Source: Azolla caroliniana
Taxonomy: Eukaryota; Plantae; Polypodiophyta
Length of the DNA: 64,000 nt
Direction of reading: 5' to 3'
NCBI GenBank assembly: GCA_043228905.1
Contig: JBHGNT010000008.1
Coordinates: 5,270,001-5,334,000, forward strand
This document shows, one piece after another, positions 39,601 through 52,699 of this stretch. Within the stretch, counting starts at the first letter, position 1. The number at the start of each line of letters is the position of its first letter. The notes beneath the pieces were generated by a model. It had not been told where the DNA came from. It saw only the letters and a program-made list of their open reading frames with translations, and did no database searches. The translations under genes and the position numbers were made by a program.

Positions 39601-42259
39601 AGGTAAGGTCAAAACAATGGTAGAATGGCAAACTCCGCGTTCGGTGCGGGATGTGCAATGCTTTCTAGGCTTTTCCAATTTTTACCGGAAGTTTATAAAT
39701 GATTACTCAAAGCTCGTTTTGCCTCTTACACAACTTACTAGGAAGGGACACTCGTTGGTTTGGTTTGAAGAAGCAGACATGGCTTTTGAGAATCTTAAAC
39801 AAGCATTTACATTGGCTCCGATTCTAGCTCACGTTGATCCAGAAAAACCATTCATCATCGAAGCAGACGCATCGGATTTTGCATTGGGGAGCATTCTATC
39901 ACAACGAGGTAATGATGAAAAGCTACATCCTATGGCTTTTCACTCACGCAAGTTTGACGCCGCCGAAATCAACTATGAAATTCATGATAAAGAGCTATTG
40001 GCTATAGTGGACTCTTTTATGCAATGGAGGCATTTTCTAGAGGGATATTCTCATCAAGTCACTGTATTTAGTGACCACAAAAACCTCGCCTATTTTCAAA
40101 GACGCTCGTGTGTTAAATCGACGTCAAGCTCGGTGGGCCCATTTTCTCACGCGTTTCGACTTCAATATTACATATCGACCTGGGAAGCATCAAGGGAAAG
40201 CAGATGCATTATCACGACGTTCGTACCTAGCACCGCGTCCCGGCGAGCCAGCTTTCGATAACCAAAAGCAAGTAATCTTGGGACCGGCACGATTGCAAGC
40301 AACACAGGTCTTTGGCATGCCCATGGATTCCCACATTATCAATATCATACGTGCAGACCTGAAGACAGATGCTTTCGCCCAAGCTATACTAGCACAAATT
40401 GATCCCTCTCGAGCGTCGTGTTCATAGTCGCAACCACTAGGACTATCAACAATTAAAATACCATGATGGATTACTCTTCTTTAAAGAACTTTTGTATGTT
40501 CCTAATGGTTCTTGCCGCCTTCGAGTAGTACAAAACTGTCATGACACATATACAGTTGGGCATTTTGGTAGTACTAAAACATTAGATTTAGTACAACGAT
40601 TATTCTGGTGGCCCTGTATGCGACAATTTGTTGAAGATTTTGTTCGGACTTGTGATATATGCTGCAGAGCAAAAATGCCAAGGCATCATCCATATGGTTT
40701 ATTAGAACCATTACCGATTCCAAGCAAGCCGTGGCAATCCATTGCTCTAGACTTCATCACAGATCTTCCAGTCTCTAAGGGGTTCAATGTGATTCTAACA
40801 GTGGTAGATCGATATACGAAGATGGCTCATTTCTTGCCATGTACTAAGGAAATCTCCAGTGAAGACACCGCCGAAATTGTCATGCGTGAAGTATGTCAGC
40901 ATCATGGACTTCCCGATAGTATCATCAACAACCGTGGATCCCAATTCATGTCAAAATTCTGGAAGCACCTTTTCAAAATGCTCAAGGTCACTTGTAACCT
41001 CTCCTCCGGCTACCACCCACAAACCGATGGCCAAGCCGAACGAACCAATCAAACGCTGGAGCAGTATCTGCGGTGCTTTCTCAACTATCATCAAGATGAC
41101 TGGGCAAATATTCTCCACTTCGCCGAATTTGACTATAATAACTCTATCCATGCATCGACTAAAGTTACACTATTTTATGCTTATATGGGATGTCACCCCC
41201 GGTGGTGTGTACTTGAAACCCCCGAGTTGTCCACAAATCCTTGTGCGGAGGATCGTTTGGAGCGGTTACGCAAGATACAAGCGGATTTATCTACTCATCT
41301 CCAATAAGCTCAACAAACATACAAGGTTTATGCGGATCGTCATCGACTCCCATCCAGTTTTAACATTGGAGATCGGGTATGGCTACTACGACGACACATC
41401 AAGACTACTCGCCCATGCGAGAAGTTGGATTATCGGCGATTAGGTCCTTTCCGTATTATAGGAAAGGTTAATTATGTCGCTTTTCGTCTCCATCTACCTC
41501 CGCAACTTTGGATACATCCGGTGTTTCATAGTTCTCTCCTCGAACAATATCAAGAGAGCACCATCCCAGGATGTATTACACAGCCTCCACCCCCGATCGA
41601 GCTTGAAGATGGACCTGAGTACGAGGTTGCCGCCATCCTTGATTCCAAGATTGTTCGCAACAAGCTCTACTATCTAGTCGATTGGCTAGGATATAGTCCC
41701 AACGAGCATACTTGGGAACCTATAGAGAATGTCACCACTACTCGTGCTCTTCTTGAAGACTTCCATCGTCAATATCCAAACAAACCGGGTTCTCAATCCA
41801 AAACGACTCGTTACACTCATCGTTTTAAAGGGGGGATAGTGTCATGATATGACAAGACTCGAACCCATGACCTTATGCTACATGGGTCGAGCTCTTGACC
41901 ATTAGACCATACATTGTAATACGTAAAATATTATTTTCATTTATGTTTTATTATAGAAAATTGATGTATATTCTAGATTTCTCTGGAAATTCTAGAAACT
42001 TCAAGAGTATTCCTTAGAACACTATAAAAGGAGGCACAAGGCATTATTTCGAACCAAATCGGTTCAACGCCAGTCTTAAGCCTCCTAGCTATTACTATAC
42101 ATTCTCTTCACATAATATATATCTTCTCTTATCATCACTCTCTCTCTCTCTCCCTCCCTTTCACTCACTCTTTCCTTCTCTCGAGAGTTCTTCACCTCTC
42201 TTAGTACTAATACTTCTTTTAATACTAATTCCTTCTCTGTCTTAGTACTGTTCCTGACA
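36602..42259 (+). mobile_element. Chromovirus F (Tcn1-like) with internal deletions and a nested solo LTR
   Basis: LTRs 36602-37028 and 41840-42259, TSD CTTTT, PPT AAAGGGGGGATAG; gag CCHC CLYCSGPGHIAVNC, PR LPDSGA, RT YLDDLL, RH EADASDFALG, chromodomain YEVAAILDSK..YLVDWLGY..TWEP. Confidence 0.96.
38659..39289 (-). mobile_element. Solo LTR of the B/E lineage inserted in the RT of element F
   Basis: TGTTGCGAAGAT...ATCGTCACGACA; 4-bp TSD GCGT/ACGT. Removal restores WKTAFHTRYG. Confidence 0.88.
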
Positions 42260-42647
42260 CTTTTATGGGTCGAGCTCTTGACCATTAGACCATACATTGT
42301 AATACGTAAAATATTATTTTCATTTATGTTTTATTATAGAAAATTGATGTATATTCTAGATTTCTCTGGAAATTCTAGAAACTTCAAGAGTATTCCTTAG
42401 AACACTATAAAAGGAGGCACAAGGCATTATTTCGAACCAAATCGGTTCAACGCCAGTCTTAAGCCTCCTAGCTATTACTGTACATTCTCTTCACATAATA
42501 TATATCTTCTCTTATCATCACTCTCTCTCTCTCTCCCTCCCTTTCACTCACTCTTTCCTTCTCTCGAGAGTTCTTCACCTCTCTTAGTACTAATACTTCT
42601 TTTAATACTAATTCCTTCTCTGTCTTAGTACTGTTCCTGACACTTTT
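42260..42647 (+). repeat. 383-bp tandem duplication of most of the F 3' LTR plus its TSD
   Basis: The LTR end TTCCTGACA-CTTTT-ATGG occurs at both 42259 and 42642. Confidence 0.93.
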
Positions 42648-44065
42648 ATGGTTATGTCTGATGATTTGTGGTTTAGATGACTCGAGGTTTTTGACGAGAT
42701 CGACTTGTCTATCAGTTAGATGCATGAGGATTTCAGTCTTTGCATGTAGATCTTTCGTCTTCCATTTTGCTACTTTATGTTTTGTGGTTGGTTGCTCGAT
42801 TGCACCTTTGATTATTCCGAGCAAATCCATTACTTGTAAGATGAGTCCATCTTTAATTTCCATATCCTATAGTTGTTTGCATTTAACTTTTCAACTAAGT
42901 ACTTTGTTGTCATAGGTGTTGCTAATGTTGTTGTTGAGGTTGTTGACGTTCCTTCGCTCGAAGCCAATTCTACAGACGTTCCATATCGACATGTACAATA
43001 TGCATGGAGAGAGATATATTTATAGGATTGTTTTGGCTCTGATACCATGTAAGTAATTTAGAGATAACAAAAATTCGATGTGTATACACGTGCTGACTCA
43101 TGATGATTTTTATTGATGGTATATATAGGTACAATCTTGGAAAATAGTTACATGTGAACCTTCACTATTCTTGGAATGAAGGGTTACATGTGAACCCTCA
43201 TGATTCTTGATTCATGGTAAGGTGCCCTCTAATATAATTATAATATTCTAAATAATATTGCTTACATTAATAATATTTTAACACAAACCCCCGAACACAC
43301 CTGAAGGCCATATCCCTCAGCAAAGTCACTTCGTATGTAATCACCCACTTAACAAGTATGACATCCCCAATCCCCCCCACCCCATGCTCGAAGAAAACCC
43401 CACCCGACACCTCCCACCACATGATTCCCCACACCATCCTCACACACTTGCTTCATCCCATGTCGACGACACCCTCATATCACCACCGCCATTCCGCCTT
43501 CATGAAATATCTCACACCACCTCTAGCCCCATTTCCCCACACTTCTTCACCATCCCATGCTCCCCCCTCTCCCCCCTGCCCTCTGAATCCTTGGCACAAT
43601 GATATCACACAACTCCATCAATTGATTGATGTGTTCTAGTGTGGTGGACATAGACGCAAATTGGTGTGAATGTATTAGCATCACATTGGACACAAAAAAA
43701 GGGACGGGTTCTTCAGCCTCTAAAGAGGTTGATCAGACAATGTCCAAGCTAGATACAATTGATAAGGACACAAAGTTCGATATAAGCACAACAAAGCACG
43801 AAGATGTTTATATTTTTCTACCAAACCAACCGTAGGGCCTCCAACTTACAGGAATTGAAGGTTTTTTTCACACCATGTCCTTGAAAGATGTTCCTCATTT
43901 ATGTCGGGCCTTCCTTAAGTTGTTATAGTTACCTTTCCAACAACATAGTATATTTCATGAATTTTCGAAAACATTATCTCCGAAGAATTTGCACAATCTC
44001 TAGATTTCCAAAATCCTTTACGATTTTTTGCTCTCTTGTAGCGTCACTAAGTCTAATTTATAATA

Positions 44066-44343
44066 GGGAAAAGTACTAGGATACCCTTGGAAGTTCGTCT
44101 ATTTACCAAAATGCCTCTGGAAGTTCCAAATTTACCAAACTACCCCTATGTCCAGCAAATTACATTTTATAAAGCAATTATACCATTTATTCCATATTTG
44201 GTAAATAGGGCTTGTAGATTTGAGTGTATAATTACTTTATAAAGTGTAAATTTTTGGACATAGGGGTAGTTTGGTAAATTTGGAACTTTCAGGGGCATTC
44301 TGGTAAATAGATGAACTTCCAGGGGTATCTTGGTACTTTTCCC
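44066..44343. mobile_element. Mutator-like MITE
   Basis: ~115-bp TIRs GGGAAAAGTAC...GTACTTTTCCC and a perfect 9-bp TSD TTTATAATA (44057-44065 and 44344-44352). Confidence 0.93.
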
Positions 44344-45014
44344 TTTATAATATCTCTTTGTATTTATAGGCGCCCACGTGGAGAGAGAAAGAAAAGGTAG
44401 CGAAGAAGTATTTTTGGGAGTTTCATGAAAGCTTAGGCATAGTGTGTACACTTTCTTAACAAAATGCCCTCTAAATTTGTAGTGATGTCTCATTATTAAG
44501 GAGTTTTGTTGATTATGTTATTGGATGTGCTATATTTGTTTCTAGTGCCTAACTTCTTAATAAATATATTAGAATTTCCAAACGTAAGTTTGCTTTTTTT
44601 TCAAATTGTAAGTGTGTGAGGTTGTGTGTTTGATCTTGATCACAAAGTTTTCAAATCAACAAATTATTAATGACATTAATAATTGTTGATGCCCACTATC
44701 GAAAACACAAATATAATGAATGTAAACCAAAATTTTCTCAAATGCTTTGAATGGGAGGGTATCGTGGAAGGTTGCAATTCCACGTGGAGAGCAATTCAAG
44801 TTCTTCTTAGAATCATCTTGTGTCCATGTGTATATACAAAGGGAGCATTTCTTCTTGCAAGTCGTAATACACATAAGCCTAGAAATGTAAGTAGACTTAG
44901 CCAAGAAAATAAACAAAAGGATGTCTGAAATGTGTGATTAATGAGGAAACGACAAGAAGAAGTTGTGGTGTCATGAATGGCGTGGCGTGGTTTACTCTCC
45001 GAGAACAATGTGGG

Positions 45015-45501
45015 TGTGAGTGTGTCGAGTGTGTGCATGTGTGTGTGTGTGTGTGTGTCAAATTTCAATGGATATATCTATAACCCTAGAGTGATGATAG
45101 AGCTCCATGAGAGAGGTCTGAGGTAGATTGGGAGTGAAGGTGTGAGCGAGGGTATAGAGACACATGTATGCTCCAACTTAAAAAGTCATGGAGGCCCCCC
45201 CCATCTATCCATCCAACTCCAACTCTTAACTCCAAACTCTAGTTTCCCTTCCTTTGTTGTGCTTGTGGGGCTCACACTACACTATACACAAGAAAGTCAT
45301 CATCAATCATCAATCATCAATCATCAATCATCATATGATAAAATACAGTTATCATCAATAATCAATCATCTATCCAGTGCAGCATGAATTTGAGTTCCGC
45401 ATTCTCACGCTTCCTACTTCCTTCATTGCTATTGCATCATCACGTAGGTATGCATGCATGCATGTATGTATGTATGTATAATCTTTTATTCATTCAATGT
45501 G

Positions 45502-45540
<39 letters not shown>
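45015..45540. repeat. Microsatellite cluster upstream of the KP4-like gene: (GT)n, (ATCA/ATC)n, (TATG)n, (CA)n
   Basis: Directly visible at ~45037-45058, 45297-45335, 45450-45480 and 45505-45535. Confidence 0.9.
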
Positions 45541-45543
<3 letters not shown>

Positions 45544-45647
45544 GGTGGAGGCAGAAGCTTCTGCATAACCATCTGCTTCTTGTGACATAACCAATCAATC
45601 AAAATAGGGAGCTACTAAAGTTAAGCAGCTCCAAGATTGTTAAGAGA

Positions 45648-46034
45648 ATGGAGGGGGGAAGATCTCATGTGGGCTTGCTTGTCATGGTGGCGGCGGCCAT
45701 TGGGATGTTGGCAGTTATGGAGGTGGAGTCGTACTCCGACAACTGCTCGGGCTCCGCGTTGTGCGGCACTCAGGTGAGCAAGTCTGACTGCACGGCCGCG
45801 TTCAACCGCTACGACGACGGCACCGTGTACTCGCAGTACACATCTCGCGTGGCCGGCCACTGCACCGCCATCTTCCGATGCGATGGCAGCTACGAATCGA
45901 AGACGGGCGCCCAGCTCAAGCAACTCTTCTCGCACATCTACACCGACCAGCCGTGTGGCCGCTGCGGTAGCCATGCCTTCGACAACTGCGAGACCACCCT
46001 CAACTACTGCGGCAGTTGCAAGGATGTGAATTAA
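45648..46034 (+). CDS. Secreted cysteine-rich KP4 killer-toxin-like protein (128 aa)
   Basis: Hydrophobic signal peptide; 10 Cys; motifs NCSGSALCG, CGRCGS and TLNY parallel KP4 NCRGSSQCG, CRVCGS and TVNY. Intact, intronless, with GC3-rich codons and AATAAA downstream (~46113, ~46169). Confidence 0.85.
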   Translation: MEGGRSHVGLLVMVAAAIGMLAVMEVESYSDNCSGSALCGTQVSKSDCTAAFNRYDDGTVYSQYTSRVAGHCTAIFRCDGSYESKTGAQLKQLFSHIYTDQPCGRCGSHAFDNCETTLNYCGSCKDVN

Positions 46035-46587
46035 CTAAGTTAATCACAATTTTGCCCCATCCCATCCAAAAATATCTATGCTAAAAACTGTCGTGGTCTC
46101 TGCTACAACCCAAATAAAACACAATGTCTCCACACACTGTTTCATGCTTTAAGTTTTCCTTTCCCTCGAAATAAAGTGACTTTCAAACTCATGTTTGTAA
46201 AGTACCCTACGTTACTCTTCTCTTGTATAACTACTGGATCTATATGAATGGATGGTTCCTCTCACCCATTAATCTTTCATTCCAAGTGCATTACAAGTCT
46301 TTCTTAGCTGTATTCCACATTTAATCATCAGCCGGGCAGCATATAAATATCATGCTGTGTTTGTTTGCGGATTTTATCCATAGAATCGCAAACTAACTCA
46401 TTGCGCAGTGTATGTAGCATTAGCTCTAACTCATCCACTCATTTGCTTCCGCATCTAACTCATTTAGATGCGGAAACAAATGAATGCACCCCATCAGCAT
46501 TGGACTGTCTTTGCAAGTGTGTCTCACAAAAATTGTGCTATGCATGTATCTACATTTGATCTCTTTTCAAAATTCGTTGCTCATGGC

Positions 46588-47058
46588 TAACAATCGGCGA
46601 CGGTTCGGTTCGGTTCGAGAGGGCCAAAACCGAACCGTTTACAATATCTCAAACCTGAACTGAACCGAACCATGAAACCGTTAAACCGTTTTTTTTTTTT
46701 TTTTTTCAAAACGTTAAGCCATTAAACTGGTAAAACTGCGGTTTTGTGGTTCGGTTTCAGTTTTCAGCTTAGGTCAAAATTCAAAATTTTAAAATTTTAA
46801 AATTTAAATATTTCATTTTTTAAAATTTTAAAATTTTAAAAATTTCCAGAATGTGAGAATAAGGCATGAAAATGAAAAGATTGTTTAAAATTAAAAAAAA
46901 AAAAATTTAAAAAAAACTATTAAACCACGGTTTCTAGCTGTTGAAATCGAATCCAAACCAAACTGAACCGTTGAAAAAAATCCGAAACTGAACCAAACCG
47001 GTTAAACCGTGGTTTCATGGTTCGGTTCAGTTCAAACCAAACCGTTTGTCGATTGTTA
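46588..47058. mobile_element. MITE of the same family as 16728-17153, copy 2
   Basis: TAACAATCGGCGACGG...CCGTTTGTCGATTGTTA with AACCG repeats and flanking direct repeat CTCATG. Confidence 0.88.
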
Positions 47059-48376
47059 CTCATGCCTTCCACTTCTACCAACTAGAGTAGTACAATCGTT
47101 GTTAGGGGGAAAACAATAGGTTGATTTCTTAGTACATGTTTAAGACATGGAAGGACATGTTTTACGAGTTGCTATGGTTTGGGTTTTGGATTAAGTGTGA
47201 AATGGGATATCCAACAAGCACTTCACCATTTGGCTTGTCTTGTACAACAAGAGAACTAATTCATCCTCTCACTTGTTGATACGATTTGTTTGGCGGTTTT
47301 AAGTGCATCTTCTAAGGATAGTTTGCAAGTGGTTGTCAATATGAAATGGGACCTAGATTGGTGATTGGAAAACAACCTTACTTTCTTGTTGAACACATGC
47401 CATGATGTCCTAGTTAATTTCCTTCTTTGATTGTAAGATTAAGATTCCTATCAAGTTAGTTGAGAAGCAAGCTCAATATGGGCCGGTTCGGCTGAACAAA
47501 TCGAGAGCCGGATCGGATGAAGACTGATTGGCTAATCCCGGATCGGATCGGAGAACCGGATCTGCAGGGAGCCGGCAGACCCTTAGAGGCCTACGCTCCT
47601 AATTTAGTAGATAGTTATATTTAGCCGGCAGACCGTTAGAGGACTTGTATAAAAGTGCTCATTGAGCACATTCGTTTGTATAGAGCATTGTTATTTTTTA
47701 ATTGAGTTTTTAGTCTTCTGCTCTCTCTGTCTCTCCTGCATACTGGGTATTCTCTCCATTGATTCTTTGTGTTTTCTCTATTGCTGTCCGAATGAACCGG
47801 TTGTGTTTGGTCTTAGCTTCCGCACTTAAATCATTACATGGTATCAGAGTCTGAGGGTTGCGAATCCTCTACTTCCGACAAGCATTCAACACAAACAAAC
47901 CCTAATCCCCGGACAAGAAAAAACAAGAAGAAAATTATTATAGATCTCGGTACTAAAGTAAGCTTAAGATAAGGATAAAGAAATGAAAGATAGAAAGGAG
48001 AAAGAGAAAGAAGGGTGCTGATCCACCCGACCACCCCCGAGCGAAGGGATCGAGACGGACTCGAGCCTCGATCGGCATCCCATACCACCGTCGTGGCGTC
48101 GAGTCGTACCTAGTGCTGGCGCGCTCGCTACAAGAGTTGACCCACCACACGAGCAGAGTCTCGATGTAGTCAAAAGATGATCAAATGAGGGTAGCTAGGC
48201 CTCTTATTTATAGCGATACCCAAGGCCCCCAGGCAAGTTCACACTTGACCTAATGGGTTGTCTCAATCCCGAGGATTAAAAGTAATCCTCCCCTTCTTTA
48301 CACTCTCGTTTAACCCTCACACTTATCCACGTGTATAGAATACTACGGTAAATTCTTACCACGGGATATTATATGG

Positions 48377-51300
48377 TCATGCCCGTAACATACTCCCCCT
48401 CTTTAAAACATTGCACTCTTGCAATGGAAAGTTAGGGAAGTTAGTTCTAAGAGTATTTTCACGTTCCCATGTGGCATCTTTTATTGATTTATCCATCCAT
48501 TTTATTTTAAATTCTCGGATTTCTTTAGTACGTAATTTTTTTGTTTTAACATCGAGAATTCTTTCTGGTACATGTGGTTTAGAAGATAATTCTTCAGAAG
48601 TAACCAGAGTTTCAGTAGTAACTGTATTGTAGCCAGAACCTAGAAGTTCTTTTAGACGACTCACATGAAAGACTGGATGAATTCCGACACCATCGGGAAG
48701 AGCGAGACGATAGGCTGATGACCCAATTCGTTTGAGGACTGTAAAAGGTCCACAAAACCGTGGGGCTAACTTAGCACACTTACCCGTAGACAATGTCTTA
48801 GAATTGTGAGGTACACGTAAAAATACCTTCTGTCCAGGGTTGAATACACCGAGGTTGCCTATGATGATCGGCATAAAAACGTGCTCTATCTTGAGCTTGT
48901 TTTATATTATCTCGTGCAATATGCAACATATCTTGCATATCCCGAAGAAAGTTTTGCGTACTTCGCAACTCATCATGATGTATAGTAACATCAATCGGGG
49001 CTCGTGGCTGAAAACCATACATCAACATAAAAGGACTATATCCCGTCGACGTATGTTTGGAGCTGTTATAAGCAAACTCCAAAATTGGAAGATAACGTTC
49101 CCATTTTGTTGGTTTTGCACCAACGTATGCTCGAAGCATGTCCTCAATAATTTGATTTACTCGTTCTGTCTGTCCATCGGATTGAGGATGATCCGTGGAG
49201 CTCATGCTCAACGTAGTTTCTAACTTCTTAAAGACTTGCGTCCAGAAGTCACTAGTAAACTTTGGATCTCGATCACTCATGATATCCATCAGTAACCCAT
49301 AAAAACGAAACAATTCGTCAACGAATTGGTAAGCCAATTCAGGAGCTGTTACCGTGGTTTTAGTAGCAATAAATCTGGCCATTTTAGTTAGTCGATCAAC
49401 GACAACCCAGATGGCATCATGACCTTTTTGGGTGCGAGGAAGGCTAACAATAAAATCCATGGATATACTTTCCCACTTATTATTGGGAATGTCCAAGGGA
49501 TGTAAAAGTCCTGCGGCTTTAAGTCGCTCGGCTTTGTTAACCTGACACTGGTGACATTTAGTCACATAGCTATGTATGTCAGGACGCATCTTAGGCCAAT
49601 AAAATTGAGTGGAGATGAGAACGAGTGTACGATGTATTCCAGGGTGCCCTGCTGAGGGTGCATCATGGCATTCAAAAAGAATCCTCTTTTTGACCTCGGG
49701 TAAATCTGGAACACAAACCTTCCCATTACGGTAGAGCAAACCGTTAGCAATGTGGAAGTATTCCTTCGAGGATGTGGTGGTGTCTGTTCCAGACTCAACT
49801 CTTGCCCAGTATTTTGCGAAATAACTCTCATCAGGATACTTTCCTCGAAGGTGATCATAAAGATCTGATGATATTTCAGTGAAGCTAAGCGTGTTAACTT
49901 CACGGATGCGACTTAGTGCATCAGCGACAATGTTCATGGAACCTTTACGATATCGTATGGAAAAATCAAAGTCCTGGATGAGATCAACCCATCGTGCCTT
50001 ACGACCTTTCAGGTCTTGTTGGTCACGGTATACCGACATTGAGCAGAATCAAGTTTCTTACTCTCGAATGCTATTGGTTTACCATCTTGATACAAGACAA
50101 CACCTATAGCATAATCGCTTGCATCGGTTTCAACCTCAAAAGGTTTTGAAGGATCGGGTAAAAGAAGTGAAGGAGCCTTGCAAACCAGGTCCTTGAGTTC
50201 CTTAAAGGCAAGGTCTAGTGTAGCATTCCACACAATAGGTTTTGTAGACTTACGCGTTTGACCTTTTAAAAGATCAGTAAACAGCGTCGTCAATTGGGAG
50301 TAATTACGAAGAGACTTTCGCAAAAACCCCACAAAACCAAGGAATGATCGAACTTCTCGAATATTCCGAAGAGTGGGCCAAAGCTTGATTTTCTCAATGC
50401 GAGAAGGATCAATTTCAACTCCTCGTTCGGTTATGAGATGTCCTAGATAAGTAATTGATTTCTTGAAGAACTCACATTTTGAGATCTTCGCATAAAACTG
50501 TTTGTCACGCAATGTTTGTAAAACAAAGCGGACATGTCTAGCATGTTCTTGTAATGTACGGCTATAAACTAAAATATCATCCAAAAAAATAACGACAAAT
50601 TTTCCAAGTTGTTCTCGGAAAATGTCATTCATTTCTTGTTGAAAAGTAGTCGGAGCATTGGTCAAACCAAAAGGCATAACCAAAAACTCGTAATGGCCAT
50701 AGCGCGTACGAAATGCCGTTTTAAGAACATCGTCCTCACTTATTCGTATTTGATGGTAGCCAGTACGGAGATCAAGTTTCGTAAAATACCGAGCTCCCTG
50801 GAGACGGTCAATTAGATCGTCAGCCCGGGGCAATGGATACGAATTCTTGATCGTCACTTTATTCAAGCGTCGGTAATTAATACACATACGCCATGTGCCC
50901 TCTTTCTTTTTAACCAAGAGAACTGGTGCACCCCATGGAGATTTACTATAACGTATATAACCCATTCGTAAATAGTCCTTGAGTTGCCTAGATACCTCAT
51001 CTTCTTCGGATCGACTTAAGCGATACGGAGGTATACTTATTGGTGCAACACCAGGTACAAGATCTATACGATGGTCTATATTACGTTTAGGAGGTAACCC
51101 ATCAGGTAGTTCACTTGGAAAAACATCATGAAAATCATTTAAGATTTCATCAAGTTGTTGTTGTTCAAAATATGTTAATTGAATCGGGACATTATCGATA
51201 TTGTAAACGTGAATGTCCGGATCAAGTACACAATAAAATAACTTAGAACAAGACAACTCGGATATTGATGGACACGAGGAAACAATCGAGAGGGATTGTT

Positions 51301-52699
51301 TTTTTACACATTGAATAAAATGCGTACAATCGTTCAGTACAAAAGAAATGGAATGACGAACCCAATCAATAAATAAAGAAGAGTTTTTATTATAAAACCA
51401 GGGATAACCCAGTATTACATCGGTGGTACAAAGATTCATTACATGGAAGTCTACTTCCTCTATATAAGTATCAATAGAAATTCCTAATGAATGAATCGCC
51501 CCGTTGATGTATTGTGCTCTTCCATCAGCCAAGTGCACCGTGTAGGTGTGATCACTTACGGTGGGTTGGATTCCCCATATCTGAACCAAACGATCATTCA
51601 CAAAATTGTGTGAGCTTCCCGAATCAAATAAAAATTGTACGGGAGATCCATTGATATACCCGTTTGCACGTAGTAAATCATTGGGACCCAATACATAGTG
51701 AGGGAAAGAACATTGACAATTACTTAAATGATGTGTATAGACCTGAAGGACATTAGGAATCTGACCTTTATGGTCTGCAGCTTTAGCTTTGTTTTCGTGC
51801 TCTTTCCGTTGAAGCTTTCGACATTGATCTTTTGTATGACCCTTCTTTTTGCAGAATACACAAAAAGGATGTTGTCGCTTACAATCGCGATCCAGGAATT
51901 CGTTGGGTGTCTTGCGTTTCCCAACAAATTGCGACTGCTTAGTCCCGGGCACTTCGTTGGGTTTGTTATGGTCCTTCTTCGAAGTGCGTTGATAGCGAAG
52001 AACTATTTCAACGACCTCTTCGAAGGATTTTGGATCCTTATCGTGCACTATCCAGTGATAGTCCGAATTGGGGATGCCATTGACAAAACAAGCTATCAAC
52101 CAATTGTCCCCTTCTAGACCCGATTTTTGGATTTGGGTTCTAGCATGGTGAACATAGTCTTCTAGCGAGGAAAATTTCCTGCTAGAGAGGTTCATTAAAG
52201 CTTGTGCTGCCTCGGTTCGAGAGGGAGGTTGCAGAAATTGGCCCTTAAAAACCGTGACAAAATCTGTCCAGGTATCGGGCAATTTCCCCATAGTACGGAG
52301 GCCACGCCACCAGGCGGCGGCCTTACCCCCGAGTTCTCGGCCGACATATGCAATCTTCGTACTATCTGGCGTGGGATAGAGCTCAAAATGAGACTCCCAT
52401 CGTCCCAGCCATGTGCAGATTGCTTCTTCGGTTCTTTCCTTTTTGTCTCCCGTAAATGGCTTAACGACAAATGATAGTTCACCTTGTCGCTCATCAGGTC
52501 TATTAGTCTCACGTTGTAGACTAATGACACGTGCCTCAAGAGCACTCTGAGATTGCCGAAGTTCGGTCATCTGTTGAGCGGTGAAACTAAGGTATTGGGT
52601 TATTTGTGCCAAATACATCTCAGTGGACATTTGTCCAGGAGGATTCCCTTGAGTTCCTTCCGCTTGAGCGGATGACATCGGGTCGTTAATTTGAGCCAT
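48377..52699 (-). pseudogene. gag-pol-chromodomain of G: 896-aa gag-PR-RT-RH' ORF, RNase H deletion, INT, chromodomain
   Basis: [51 protein letters not shown] truncated at ~50030, INT SMDFIV/SDRDPKF, chromodomain PERILD..IKW..ATWE. Confidence 0.93.

Larger units (their letters stand above)
36302..43283 (-). mobile_element. Copia remnant (5' LTR 43048-43283, Met PBS, gag) interrupted by chromovirus F
   Basis: GGCTCTGATACCA then TGTAAG...TTTAACA; gag VEKLNANNYRIWKLKM at ~42900, continuing at 36307-36570 (MKEDDSLHAFISK). Confidence 0.8.

Noticed and set aside
43285-44050. Host exon(s) in the C-rich segment and following short ORFs
   Set aside because: Low complexity, with no recognisable domain or convincing splice structure.
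45621-45974. 117-aa minus-strand ORF overlapping the KP4-like gene
   Set aside because: Antisense by-product of GC3-rich coding on the plus strand.
46350-46495. Tourist/Harbinger MITE or miRNA hairpin
   Set aside because: TIRs are too degenerate, there is no clear TSD, and the hairpin is too short to call.
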